DNA of 64,000 bases, from positions 85,438,001 through 85,502,000 of the forward strand of contig CM052816.1 of NCBI GenBank assembly GCA_028534125.1, given 5' to 3'. This DNA is from Lama glama (Eukaryota). The notes under the pieces are model-generated. The model saw only the letters and a program-made list of their open reading frames with translations. It was not told the DNA's origin and made no database searches. A program made the translations under genes and the position numbers. Shown here piece by piece: positions 49,821 through 63,444 of this stretch (position 1 is the stretch's first letter; every line of letters begins with the position of its first letter).

Positions 49821-52727
49821 GAACAGGTTTCTTATTTGAAAATTTGAAAACTTCCAACTAGTATAGTGGGTTTTATTTACACATACATGCTCTCCAATGT
49901 TTTGTATATACTAAATCAATTAATATATGTATAAAAACCTATAATGTTATCTAAAGTCTAGGTATCATCTGTGAACGTTAATAGCAAATTCTGGAGACAG
50001 TGTCTCAATTAAAAAAAACAAACAAAAAAACAGAGGATGACAGGCAGTGACATCAAAAAATGATGCTTACAGAACACTTTTAGCATTGACTGTGGTTCAT
50101 TTCTGTGATACTCCAGACTTCAGCTATTTTCCTGTGATACAAGCTCTGTGATCCAAAAGAAATTTATTCTTCAACATTTGAAATACTTAAGGATAACATT
50201 GAGGGGATGAATAGGAGGAGTAGTACTGAAACTAAGAGATCGCATTGCATTTGTTATTTACCCATGAAAATGGATGACTTCTTATTTGCATATGTTTTTG
50301 CTGAGATCTGCAAATGGGAAAGTAGTGGTGACTGTTTGACAAATCGGCCAATCTAGAGTATTTCTTAAAACTCAGAGGTATAGTCTAATAATCTTATACT
50401 TGCTATGGCTTGGAATTTCCCAATATGTAATTATGTATGCAAATAAGAGGATTGGCTATAAAGAAAAGAAAATGGGGGAGGGGGACATTAACCATAAAAC
50501 AACATAATTTAATGAATTTTATATATAGCAGTAAAACAAAATGTTTCCAGAAAACAAATAAAAATCATCAAGATTGATCATGTTTATGTAAGAAGTTCTT
50601 CATTTGAAATACTAATATTTCTTGACATCACATAATCAACAATTTTAACTAAAATGCAGGTGATTTGTACGTAGTGCTTCTAAAGTCTATATGGGAGATA
50701 TTTATTTACAAAATAATTTAAAGATATATCTTGTTCTGTTTACTAACATTACATATTGTACAATCCAAGTTTATAATTGGTGCAACTCCAGAATTTTCTT
50801 TCTTATTTAGGTATTATTTTTATATTAATTTAACTGAGTATATATATTCACACACACATATATGTAATTATAATACAATATCTTGAATCAAACTGAAGTT
50901 ATTTAGTCCAAGGTCATTTATAAGTGGCATATTAATCTAATAAAAACATTTTAATATAGTGATACCATTGAAAAATTGCAAGTAAGGGGAGACCAAACAA
51001 CTGTTTTGTTTTGTTGAATATGACGGAAGAAAAAAGGAACTCACTTCAAGGTATTTGGAAATTTGTCATAATATTTGTGGACCAAAGGATCTCTGCCAGA
51101 CCAGAAGGAAAATGAAAATAAAAAAGAGAAATTAATGATTAAAAGAGTGCCATGAGAATGGTTGCTCAGAAGAAGATAGTTGAGGACATGTTTTAATTAC
51201 TATTTTGTAAGTGATATTTCTTTTGTCAACAAGATTAGCATATACTCAAAGGACTCTATGTTTATGATGAACAGAGAAAATATCATTGGTAGTACGTGGT
51301 TCAAGAAACAGCTTGGATGGATATATCAACGTCCATCCATATGGCCAAATCCATGTAATTGTCAGGAATAATGGCATGATTTTAGTACAGAATAAATCTG
51401 TGAGTCAGTAGCTATTATTGTCCAGGATTGATAGAAGTAAGAGTTTGGTATATTTTTTAAAAAAAGGGGAAAAAAAAAGCATGAAGGAGAAGATCAGAGC
51501 TTTCCATGGCATGCAGTTTTAACCAGTGGTGGTGTTTTGTTTTGTTTGTTTTTCTCACTGTATGTTTGTATAATTGTTTAATAACATTGAGGAGCAAGAA
51601 GGAGCCCTACACTAACTTCACACTCAAGGGTTATGAGAACTACAAAGCAACTATAAAACAAAAAGGAAAACTTTAACTGGAATTTACAGGGGTAATATTA
51701 TCCTCTGGGTAGAATCATTTTTCAATTAAGGTAAGTGGGTAGAGAAGGAGTTTTGCGGGAAGTTTTTATTGATGTTTTGGCCAAATATTCCTAAGTTAAA
51801 CTGGGAACCTTAGAGAAAAGAGTAGTGAGAACTGGGTGAGCTAAAGAGAATGACTGAAAAGAGAGACAACATAATATATGCAGCTATTGTGATGTTTAAA
51901 CCTATTAGTGGAATCAAAAGACTTCATCAAGACACTTGGTAGTGGAGGGTGATTTTGGTATCCAGGCAGTGCTGCATCATTGGTTTTTGAGGGATGGCAT
52001 GACATAGAATAAAAAGAATATAAAGAAGGTATTTTAGTGTTCTTCAGTTCTTTGCATGGCAAGATGCATATTTTTTCCATCTTCAGTTTCACTCCTTGGT
52101 TATTGTTGATTTGCTCTTTTTCTAACTTCTACGATTTATTTATTGCAGGACTTTGGGGTATTAAATGCAAAGCAAGCATTTGGGGACATGAAAAATATTA
52201 CTTTTCAACAAACTTGTAGTCTTAATAGAAATAACTAGTTAATAAGTTTAGTATTACGCTTTATAAATGTAAAATATTAACCTATACAAGTTTGCATATT
52301 CTCTTATTTTATTTTCACCACCACACTAGGATCATGTAATGTCACAAGAAAACCAGAGAAGGTAGCTAAAGTTTTGACTTTTGATTTCAAAAGCAGTAGT
52401 AAAGTTACAAAACATTGTTTTGGTGGGTAGAAGCAGTTATAGGTTTCAGAAGAAGCAAATTCATGGCTTAAAATAAGATATTATGTGCTGAAATAGAAGA
52501 AAGGAACGAAAAAGTAAGAGGCCAGTGAAAGAATCTGAAAAAGAATGCTCACTTTTACCAGGGAGTTAGGGTACTGTTGGAAAAAGACAACTGTGCGCCA
52601 AAGAAATTAGAATGGTTCCATATTTTCCCCACCTCACCAACATGGTCAGGAATCAGCAGAGGAGCTGTATGATGAGACAGCTGGCCCAGATCTCTATATT
52701 CAACAATGTCGAGAGACAGATGAGTTA

Positions 52728-53555
52728 CCATAGCTCTCCTTTATCCAGAGGGGATGTGTTCTAAGACCCTCAGTGGATGTCTGAAACTGCAGATTGCACC
52801 AAACCCCATATATCCTATGTTCTTTCCTATGATACATACCTATGATAAAATTTAATTTATAAATTAAGCACAGTTAGATATTAACAAAAATAACTAATAA
52901 TAAAATAGAACAAATATAACAATATACTGTTATAAAAATTATATGATGTGGTCTGAGAGAGACCTCTCAGAATATCTTATTGTACACATTAAATACATTT
53001 TCTGTCTTAACTGAGCACTATCCTGCACTTGGGCTGTAACTTTTGCAGTTTGAGATCTGACAGCAAAACTAACACACATTTCTCTTTCCTTCTTCACAAT
53101 TTCACACATAGAAGATTTGGTCTTACCTTAGATCTTGGCAACCTCAGCATACAATTTTTTTTCTTTCCTTATCAAGTCAAGAACCTTTTCACTAAATGGA
53201 AAAACTTCATGGCTTCTCTTTGTCCCACCTAAATTGCCAGCATCACTACTCTTTGGGGCCATTAAGTAAAATAAGGATTACTTGAACATGAGCAACTGAC
53301 ACAGCTGATCCTATGACTGAGGCAGCTATTAAGTAAGCGATGGGTGGGATATGCTGGGAAAAGGAATGAGTCACTTCCCGGGTGGGAAAGAGCAGACAGC
53401 GCAAGACTCCACCCAGCTACTCAGAATGCTGCGCAATTGAAAACTTTTGAATTGTTTATTTCTGGAATTTTCCACTTAATATTTTAGGACCACAGTTTAG
53501 AACCTAGGTAACTGAAACCACAGAACGTGAAACTGCAAACAAAGGGAGACTACTG
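52728..53555 (-). mobile_element. MER44/Tigger7-family TcMar DNA element
   Basis: 'gaattgtttatttctggaattttcca...taactgaaaccacag...gggagactactg' matches the MER44 reverse complement. Degenerate left TIR after TA. Confidence 0.85.
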
Positions 53556-53619
53556 GATCTTAAATCTTGACTGAAAAGACATGTGCTTTTAATCTCCCTG
53601 CATCATAAGGCATGTTATA

Positions 53620-53802
53620 CAGTTGACCCCTGAACAACATGGGTTTGAGCTGCACAGGTTCATTTTTACGTGGACTTCTTTCACTAGTAAACACTACAGA
53701 ACTACATGATCCTCGGTTGGCTGGATCCATAGGTGCAGAACCGTGGATACGACCACGTGGAGGGCTGCTGCCCTTACCTCTGCGTTGTTGAAGTGTCAAC
53801 TG
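53620..53802 (+). mobile_element. Tigger1-derived MITE (Tigger1a_Art-like)
   Basis: TIRs CAGTTGACCCCTGAACAAC / GTTGTTGAAGTGTCAACTG with TA target duplication on both sides. Confidence 0.9.
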
Positions 53803-56769
53803 TATGTAAGTAGTGATATGGGGATACATACAGATAATACAGTACATGACAACACAGAAATGTAACAAATCTGAGACTCACATAGGATATCAGTGCAGAG
53901 AAAAGCAGAATAGATAATCTCTTCTTAAGGCCTTGAAATTGCACAACCAACCTCAAAGTTAGAGGCTCTTTCCAGTGTGTGCTTGCACATGAGAGAAAGG
54001 CTATCCACATAATAACCAATTTCTTTCGGTATAACTCCCAACGTATTCTTAACATCCTATCTTTGGCCATTTAATGCTACTTCCTTAACTGAAGCATTGG
54101 CTACTTATTCCTCAGTTTTTACTATAACACCTTCATAACAGCTTCTCTAAGAACTGTCCTAAAGTTCAACTGTCCTTAAAATACTTATCATGCCAATATC
54201 TTATTAATAATTCGCCGGATACATGGTATCCTGCTCCTTGGCTTAGAACACAGAGACTGTTGGGATCAGATCAACTACTGACCTCTCCAGCCCCGTTTTC
54301 TCCTAAGGTCACCTTGTACATTCCACTTATAAGGTAATTCAAGCGTTATATCCACTGGGGATCTGGCATTCAAACTCTATACTCCAACAGAGGGTTTACT
54401 CACTTAGCATACTCTTACCTCACTGTGTTATGCTTATTTCACTATTTGTTGTTGTTTTCTCATTATTCCATAAACTCCTAGAAGATGAAAACGATGTTTT
54501 TCATCTTTACATCATGTATAGAATAGGGCCAGATTGATGTTTACTAAAAAAAAGACTGCCAGATGTTTGAATGTCAGCACAGATCCACAGACTCAGTGCT
54601 TAGAAATTTCATGAAATTCTACTATGTGAAGGAATAGAAAGAATCCTAATCCTGGTCTTTGCAACAAATTACAGTCGTCAACTGTTTAAAAACTGGAATG
54701 TTTTAGACAAAGGGAACACTGTATTTGCTTTATTTTTCCTATGTGACACAATTTTCATTAAAATACAGAGTCACAGTTAGTAATGTGGACCTATATTTCT
54801 CCTAGTCATGTAAGTCCAAAGATTGATCAGCATCTTAACGACATTACAAATGGTATCAGTAATTCGGAAATCAACTACGTTACTGATCATGGCCAAGAGC
54901 ACATTCAAGACCTGGCGTACTAGTAAAACAATGGGGTGGCTGAGAAAACAGTACGGAGACTGAGTTTATTAAATGAGGGCCAACTGGAATAAAAAAGAAC
55001 AAAATAAGAGTAGTAAATAAACATTTAGAAAGGCAGGAACATAATTTTCAGATTCAAACATTTTAGTTTATGCTCCTTATACAGTTCTTTAAATTTCTTC
55101 AAACTTAAAATTAAGACATTTCTCAAATACATAGTATGTTACAAAAGCAAGAACAAAAATGCTGGGTATGAACCATCATTCAAGATATTGTATATGCTTA
55201 CAAGCAATTTTCATATTTTATTAAAATAGTAAGCCTTTTCTCTGTTTTTGTCTTATTTCTGTTTTATATCATGTGATATTCAAATACAAAGGATATAAAA
55301 TTAATATATACTAAGAAAATGGTGGATATCCAATGACAAATACTGGAATGCTTCAATAGTAAAATTCTAGTTAAATTTCATCTTTGCCTTTTGACAACAC
55401 AGTTTAAGAAACACTAATACAGAACTCTGTTTATCTGACAGTAATGTTACTGTAGCATATTCATATAATAATTTTAAATGATTTTTTTAAAATTCTCAAA
55501 AATATAACTAATTATATGATTTAAGTTTCTTTTGTTAAAAATTTCCGAACTCTTTTAAAAAATTACTTTTCTGTCTTTTCTCTCAAGATTCTTTATTTTA
55601 TTCTTTTATATTTTAGAGCTATCTGAGTAGAGATGAAAAGGACTAAATGAACAGATTGTCAACTTTGATCAAAACTGGCATTTAGGATGTTCTTCAGGGC
55701 CTTGTGTGCCAGTTACTGACACTCTGCTAGTTCCCAAGATTCATATGTGAGTTTACGACTAATAATAAACTTACTTAATGTGTACTTTAAATATGACTTT
55801 TAATTACTTACACAGGGCAACATAAAATTTTGAACTCTCTGAAGTAAACACTGGAGATTTATTTTCATCCAAGGGCAAGTGTTTCAGTTCCAAACCCAAG
55901 GTGTCCCAAGATACTGCATTGAGATAGTGAATGTACACTTATATGGCACACTTGTTAACATGATGGGCTAATTCCTATAAAGCAGAGCTTGTGTGTTTTT
56001 TTCAGAACAGTCCATGAGGAAATAGTTGTTTATCATAATGTTAAAATTATAACCATAATTAAAAATTATTTTTATTTAAAAAACATATTATTATCTAAAG
56101 TATTTGTAATATTTCTTACAAAATATATCACACATATAATCACAAAATCTTCTTTGCAAGTCTGAAATGTGTTTCTTTTTTCAGGAAATAGATTGTAGAT
56201 TAATTGCAATTCAAGTCATGAGATAACATCCATTCATTTTTCAAGTGTATTGGTCCAGGGAGGTTGGTCAATGATTTAACTCATATCCTATTAAAGGATA
56301 ATACAGAGGCGATCTAGACAATTTTCTAACTGTTGAGCTCATCTCATGCTTATTAATTGTTTGTATCATTACTGTGTATCTATAAACAGATTTCACTGTA
56401 GTAGTTTGTTTTATAAATCTGAAAATAAATACAATGAATATTTTAATAACATTTAATAGAGAAGGCCTTCAGGGATCATAACATTTCATAGTAGTTGAAA
56501 CAAACTTGAATATTTGAATTTTAATATTTTAAACTCATGCTCAGTATAAAACTTCTCTGAGTAAAGGTATCTGATTGCTCAGTCACATATGCCTTGTTTC
56601 TGCTAATAATACTAAATATTTTAAATATATATGTGTGTGCGTCTGTGTGTATACATGTGGCCAAATAATACAGCAATTTTCCTAATGCTTTCAAAAAGAG
56701 GAATTCTTAAATACATTCATGAAATTGAATCATTTTTGTTACATTTAGTCCTCATTTATGTCAGAATAA

Positions 56770-57520
56770 TTCAATAATTATCACCATATTTAAACTTGCC
56801 ATCATGTTTCACCTGGACCATTACAGTAGCCTCCTAATTTGTCTCTCTGTTTTTTTGTCTTTGCTGCTACAGCCTGTTCTCCATGAGCAGAGTTTCTTCT
56901 TAAATATAAATATGTTCTTTTCAATTCGCTGCTGAAACCCTGTAATGGGTTTCTCCCGTTTTAGGATTAAAGACTTTTTAAGTCTGTTCCCAACATCCAG
57001 TGTGTTCTGGCCACTGGTTCTTTCTCTGACCTCATCATCTATCAACTCTGGCCACTGGCTGCCCCAGACATATTGGCCTCTGGCTTGTTTCATGGTCATG
57101 CCAAGAATACAGTTTTTTTAAAATGCTGGCTCAACTCTCTTTCCTTGTATACTGTCTAGAATCATTCTCTAACAACTTAAAAAAGTTCTTTCCAAATATA
57201 ACTTAAAAGATTTATCATCCTCCCTAAATCAAATTTGATCCTCATTTCACTCTGTATCTTCTTACTCTATGTTCTTTTTCTTCAAAGAAATTATCTCCTA
57301 ATGATGTATTATATCTTTTGTTTGCTGTACATATTCCATCTCTTTATCCTCACTTCAGTGTGTCACAAAAGTGATTTTTTCTGTTAGTTTTATTTCTTTT
57401 TTTTTTTTTTTGTCTAGTTATGTTGTTTTTTTTTTTTTAACTTTGACTTTTGCTGCACTGCCTTCAAGAGTTATAACAATTCTGGGCAATAAGTAGCATT
57501 TCAATAAAAACAAATTATAC
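56770..57520 (+). mobile_element. L2 3' fragment
   Basis: 'gccatcatgtttcacctggaccattacagtagcctcctaatttgtctc' is a classic L2 motif, and the tail is near 57500. Confidence 0.7.
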
Positions 57521-57904
57521 TAATGTGTATTATCATGTGATTAAGCTAGATAATAGATTCATGAATTTTTAGCATTTTCCCTCTAGTTTTGTCCATATAT
57601 TAGAAAAAAATTTTTTTCAAATGTATAGGGGCCACATTAATAGAGAGTTGTAAGAAAATTAGAAAAGATACATTTAGGAAATATTTCAGAAGGAAATTTT
57701 AGGAAATTGCCACATTATAATGTCCAACATCAATGAGTTACTAATATATAGTTTTTAAGATGCATATAGGCATGCATCCAACTAATAAATATTTACTGCA
57801 ACTATAAGTGGATTCGTGGATAGATGTATGAAAAAAAGAAGAAGAGGAGAAAAATGAAGATAAACTTGATTTTGAACAGATGCATTTTGTCTCTTTTTCA
57901 TCCA

Positions 57905-58340
57905 CTGGTGAGGAGAGGATTTCTGTCCTGGGTTATGTGGATGGTGGTAACACAACACCCGACATTGGACAGATGAGATTGACAGCTGGTCATCACATAT
58001 GCTCACAGCCTGGAAGGGGGAGGAGGACACTACATCATACAGGGCCACATGGGGGACTGCACTGAGAACACAGTGAACAAGCAGGGGCTGCGGGAAGCAG
58101 GCAAGGAGAAGGATGTGATTGACTTATTTGAATAATCCCACTGGCTGACAGGGAACAGACATTTGATAACAAGAAACAGGTAGTCAGGGGGCCTGATTTA
58201 GGAGGGTTGTTTGGCTGGGGGATTTTAATCACAAGAGAAGGGGGTATCCAGTGGTTAGGCCCTTTAAGCGCCCCCCCCCAATTTTACCAGATTTTCAAGG
58301 CAGTATATAATATTAGATCTTGATTTCAGGTAGGAGAGGC
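57905..58340 (-). mobile_element. ERVL-class solo LTR (MER54/MER74/LTR53-like)
   Basis: GC-richer block 'caacacccgacattggacagatgagattgacagc...ggaggaggacac...cagggccaca...gtgaacaagcaggggctg'. Subfamily uncertain. Confidence 0.6.
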
Positions 58341-59799
58341 AGAACTGTAGACTGACTCAGGTTTCTGAAATGGAAGATGGTGAAAGTATCAAATTGGAGT
58401 GATTAAACAGAAGAAGGGGAAATTAAGGTGGAGTAAAAATAGATACACCAGTTATTGAGCTGTTGACATTGTAAAGCTAGTGAGTTCGGGTTTTCTTCAA
58501 GCTCTCAAGTTTGAAATAAAGGTTTAGGAGCTTTTCACTAAGCTGTTTAATTCTAACATGGGTACCCAATTTTAGTAGCATATGTAAATGGCAGGGTTAT
58601 ATAACATTTTTAGAACATTAAAGAGTAAAATTCAAATAACATGTCAGTGCACCTGTTAAAAAGGCACAAAACTATATCATATACTTTAATTTGGAAAAAT
58701 AAACATTGAGTTTTATATTCATTATTCTATGGATAAAGACATTGATATTGAAGCCATCTAATTAATCTAGCCAGAATTACGGCAAAATTCTATCATTACT
58801 AAATCTATTAACCTTTCTCCTAAACCAATGTTCACATTATAGGGGCACATTCATTTTTTCAAGTACTAACTAGATATATTCAAATATTAGGACAGAAAGA
58901 TATAATAGTAGGAAGAAATACGTAACTATATGTTTATTGTTCAATAAAATACAAAAAACTATGATTGGGATAGATGTGGGAGTGGGCTGGGAGGCAGTTA
59001 AAGTAACATATGCAGACACTGTATGAGGGAATATAATATTACAATTGTTAAAGATACATTATGTATATTTAAACATATGATACTCATACAAATATAAAAT
59101 AAACAAGTGCCAATTTTTTATCTGATTAATTAATGAGGGAACTGGAAATAAGTTAAAATCAGTTCAGTGAGCATTTGACGAGCTAGGTCTTTACAGGTAA
59201 TTTAATAAAGGAATGTTAAGCTAATATTGTGACATTAGACAAAATTGATTATTATCTTAAAGGGCAATAAATGTAACTTTTAAAGTTTTCTTTTCTTGAA
59301 GTAAAAGGTAAAAAATAGTCCAATCAATAGAAAGCCAATTAAAAGTAAAATCCCCATACTGCACTGAAAGAACACTCAGTAATTTCTCTTGCCAGTTTCC
59401 AAGTTTAGTATATTTTTTCTGACATTTTCAATCTTTACCAAAAAAATTAGATGAATATATTTGAATGCATTTATCTTCATTTTACATATAAAAAACAAAG
59501 CTCAAAAAATGTCTAGGTAATTACACAAAAATCTTAAAGTAATAAGTAGAAAATATTGGATATTAATGAAAGTCAGTCCACACTACTTGCAAATTTATCT
59601 TTCCATTTTAACCATTTTCTGCTTAAACCATCCCTAGATGTTGGATAATCATAAAACAGAAATATATTAGAAGGAAAGCAAACATTAAATTGGCAGTTGG
59701 TTCTGTAATGGATATGTATATAAGGTGAGGTTTTACGTTTAAAACTTCAAATAAAAATTTTGATACCTATACCACATCCTTCACTCTCACCTGATAACA

Positions 59800-61540
59800 C
59801 TGCAATAATAATTTAAAAGTCTACACGCTTCAAACCATCTGTCTATCTCACTTCATGCATGTATATGCATATACTTTTCTTTCAATCCATGTACTGTACA
59901 AGAACTGCCCCCTGCCTCAAATGAAGCCCAACCCTGTGACCTGGATCACACACTGTTACCTACTCAAAGATACCCATGCAGACATTCTATCCACTTTCTC
60001 TTGCATATTGCTGATTCTTCCTTCCCTTTTAGTCTCATTGCATATAAGCATGATTTTTTTAATCTTTCTCTTAATTTCCTAAAAATAGCAAAAAAAATTG
60101 ATCCAACTTTAGCTCCAACTATGAATCTGTTTCCCTTCTTCCCTTGAGAGAAAATACCCTGAAAATAATGTCTTTGGAGCTTGCTCCAAATTTATTCTTA
60201 TGTTTCTTTTCCTGAATTGCATCTAGTGGAGTTTCATTCTCTCTCCACTGGAATTGCTCTTGCCAGAGTTGCAAATGATGCATAAATTGTGAAATCTACA
60301 GCCCATTTCCCAGTTTTCATTTAGTTGGAATACTTTACCTGCATGGCTTCTAGCTTACATTCAGTCTCACTTGTCTCTCCTCTTGGTTTCTTTTACTAAT
60401 TCTTCCTATTTCCCTGATTTGTTAAGTTAGGAATGCCGGATGCTCACTCTCAAAAGAACATCAACAAACGGATTCAAATTTCATATTTTCAGTTTGAATC
60501 CTTCCCCTGAACTTCAGTCTCATATATCCAACTACCTATTCATGGTCTCTAATCCCATGTCAAACCAGCGCCTGAAACATGGCAAATCCAAAATGGAGCT
60601 CCAGATCTTCCCCTCACAGTCCTTCTAGCCAATATCTCCATCTCAATTGACGGCAAGCCTATTCCTTTAGTGGCTTAGCCAAAACAATTTTCCATTTTTC
60701 CCTTCTCTCTCTCTCATAACCTGTACTTAACGTACCAGCAAATCTTTGTGGTTCTATTTGCAATCTATTTTCAAGTATCCAGAATCCAACCATATTATCA
60801 CTTTCAATACTAGAATCTTGCCCAACCTACCGTCACATTTCCACTAGATTATTCAATAATAAAGTATCTCTTTGCTTCAATTTTCTTCCCTCTTTAATTT
60901 ATTCTCTAGAGGGCAGCCAGAGAAGCTTTTCTGTATATAAACTGCCATTTCTCTGTTCAAAGTCCTTGACAAAATTTCCATGTCATTCTGAGTCTTTACA
61001 ATGGTTGACAAGACTTTTCATGGACTGGCCTTTTTTTATCTCAAGCTTCTTTCCTACCTCTCTGACTCTCAGTTGCTCTGTATTCCTACCATATCAGTCT
61101 CTGGTATTTACTAGGAAAATGCAAAAATTAAGCCAACTGATGGTATTAGTATGTGACCTTCTCTTTAACAAAATTCTCTTTACCAAGTCACCTGTGTGGC
61201 TTCCTCCTTCACTTAAATAATGTATTTATTCAATATTACTCTTGTGAAGAGGACTTGCTTGACAACATTACATTTTAAAAAAGCATTAACACATCTTATA
61301 CTCTCTTTCCTGGTTTATTTCTTTCTCTGTTAATCACCATTCACAACGACATCCTATATATTTTAGTCAATATGTTTTAATATCTGTCTGTTATGTGAAT
61401 ATGAACTGTCTGAGAGAAGAAATGTCCTTTATTTTTGACCCTCCCATGTCAGTCTCACAGAAGAGTGCCTGAATGCTTAGCATATCATAGACATGTGATA
61501 CATATGTGTTCACTAATAAACATGAATATATGAATAATAG
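59800..61540 (+). mobile_element. Long L2 fragment including the 3' end
   Basis: 'cccctgaacttcagtctcatatatccaactaccta', 'catctcaattgacggcaa', tail 'tgttcactaataaacatgaatatatgaat'. Confidence 0.8.
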
Positions 61541-63444
61541 TATCTGAGTCAGTAAGTAATAAATGCTTATTAAATAATTTTCTTTTTTTTTCTTACTCCT
61601 TCATCCCAAACCAAATCTACCTTTCTATGATTCACTGAGTCTTGATATTGTTCTAACTTTCCAAGATCAGGATGACAGTGGATCTAAAAAAGATACATAC
61701 ATAATCCCTTACTGTAAATTGCTTTCATTATTCTCAATGACATTTATATGCCAAAAAAATACTTCAGTGACATGAATCTAAAGGAATTATTCTTTAATAA
61801 TGTAATTTAAAATACTACAACATGTTGCCCAGGTGATTGATACTACTGGAAGGTAGGAGAACCTACTCTGGATTCTAAAGTCTTTCTTTTTCTTTTAAGA
61901 AACATGCTTAAGAAGACAGGGGATATGGATTTTTTAATGTGATCTGAATTATCTGATGTTTGGGTGATATAAAGAATACCTCTGGATCCAGAGTTACTGG
62001 GGCACATTTACAGCCCTATTCATTAAAAACAGACAAAACCCCCCAAAAACGAAAGCATCATTATTCTACTGAATGCCAGTATATATTAATCGTGGATAAG
62101 AATATTAGGCTTTTCTAGGATTGTGAGCAAAGGACAAAGGGAAGTGGAAAGTAGGAAGTTTGGCAACTCAGGGCGGAGAAGGAAGCATAGATTTCCTTAG
62201 GGGAGGCATTTCCTAAGGATAACCAATGGGATAATAAAAGATAAAGTGATAAGATAGCATATAGAAAACCCACTTTTCCCATTTTTCCTAGAACCTATTT
62301 AATCTTCTTCATGTATCTGTTAAACACATTCACACATTAATGAAGATAACCATGAAATATAGGTAGACAGATTATGAAAATATAACATACAAAGCTATGA
62401 TGATGATGATGTTGATGAGTTTTTCCTGGAAGAAATTTATTCTTCAGTTCTATATTACAATGAAGTTTATTCTCAGGATTTACATGTGCACAGAGTGATT
62501 AAAACTTCAGGACCTTGATTACAGTCACTAGCTATACTCCCATTTGAAAGAAGGCACGTGCAGAAGGGAAGAATGAAGAGATCATGTCAGTCACCTCTGG
62601 CCAGAGATCTCCAAGAGCCATCCTACCTATTTCTGCCTTTTTTTTTAAAGTGTACAATGTCAAATTACAACTATAACACTACGCATATCAGAGTTTAAGG
62701 TCTGTAGCTCTGATGGCTTACATTCTACACATAGATATAGGCACATATCTGTGAGATTTACCTCCTTCAAATTCTTTGCACAAAATGTAAGTTCCATTGA
62801 CAATGTCAGTGATACTAAGATGCAATCAATGAGAAATCTTGAACGTATAATACTTATTTTCTTATTTCTCCTAAAATGATGAAAATTCATTGACTATTGA
62901 CAGTCAGAATGTCCAAAAATATAGACTTTTTATTATTTGCCATTAACTAGCATCTTGTAAATTCCCTAGCTATGAAAATTACACTGTGAATCTACAGCAC
63001 CAATGCCAAGATAAAACAACAAAAAAAGTATTTTTTAATTTAGTCTTCTTACATTTTTATATGGGATATAATATGATAAATATTGGAAGTTTGTCCAAAT
63101 TAAGTAGATTGGGAAGCTTCTCACATTAAAATGTCTGTTTAGGAGGAAGAGATAGAAGGCGTTTTTTTTCTTTTTCTTGTGTTTTTGTTTTTAACACAGC
63201 TCATCTTCAATGGTCTTCGGTGGTTGAATGGATATTGGAAAAGCACAATTGGTCATTGTGCAGTTATGATCAGTATCACTGCTTTAATTGGCAAATTATA
63301 AATTGAATACATTAAATGGTTTTCAAGAAAGACTACTGATAAATGAGTGTTACCAACATTTTTGAATCCTCCAATGTTCCAATTCATAAGTACATAGACA
63401 GAAAATTTACAATGGCTTAGAACCTTGCTATTCAAAGCACTATC

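Noticed and set aside
51690..51736. Plus-strand exon ending at a perfect AAG|GTAAGT donor, linking the 50.4-kb motif cluster to the 54.8-kb segment
   Set aside because: The frame needed to join the downstream segment contains a stop and the acceptor is weak, so no coherent gene model results.
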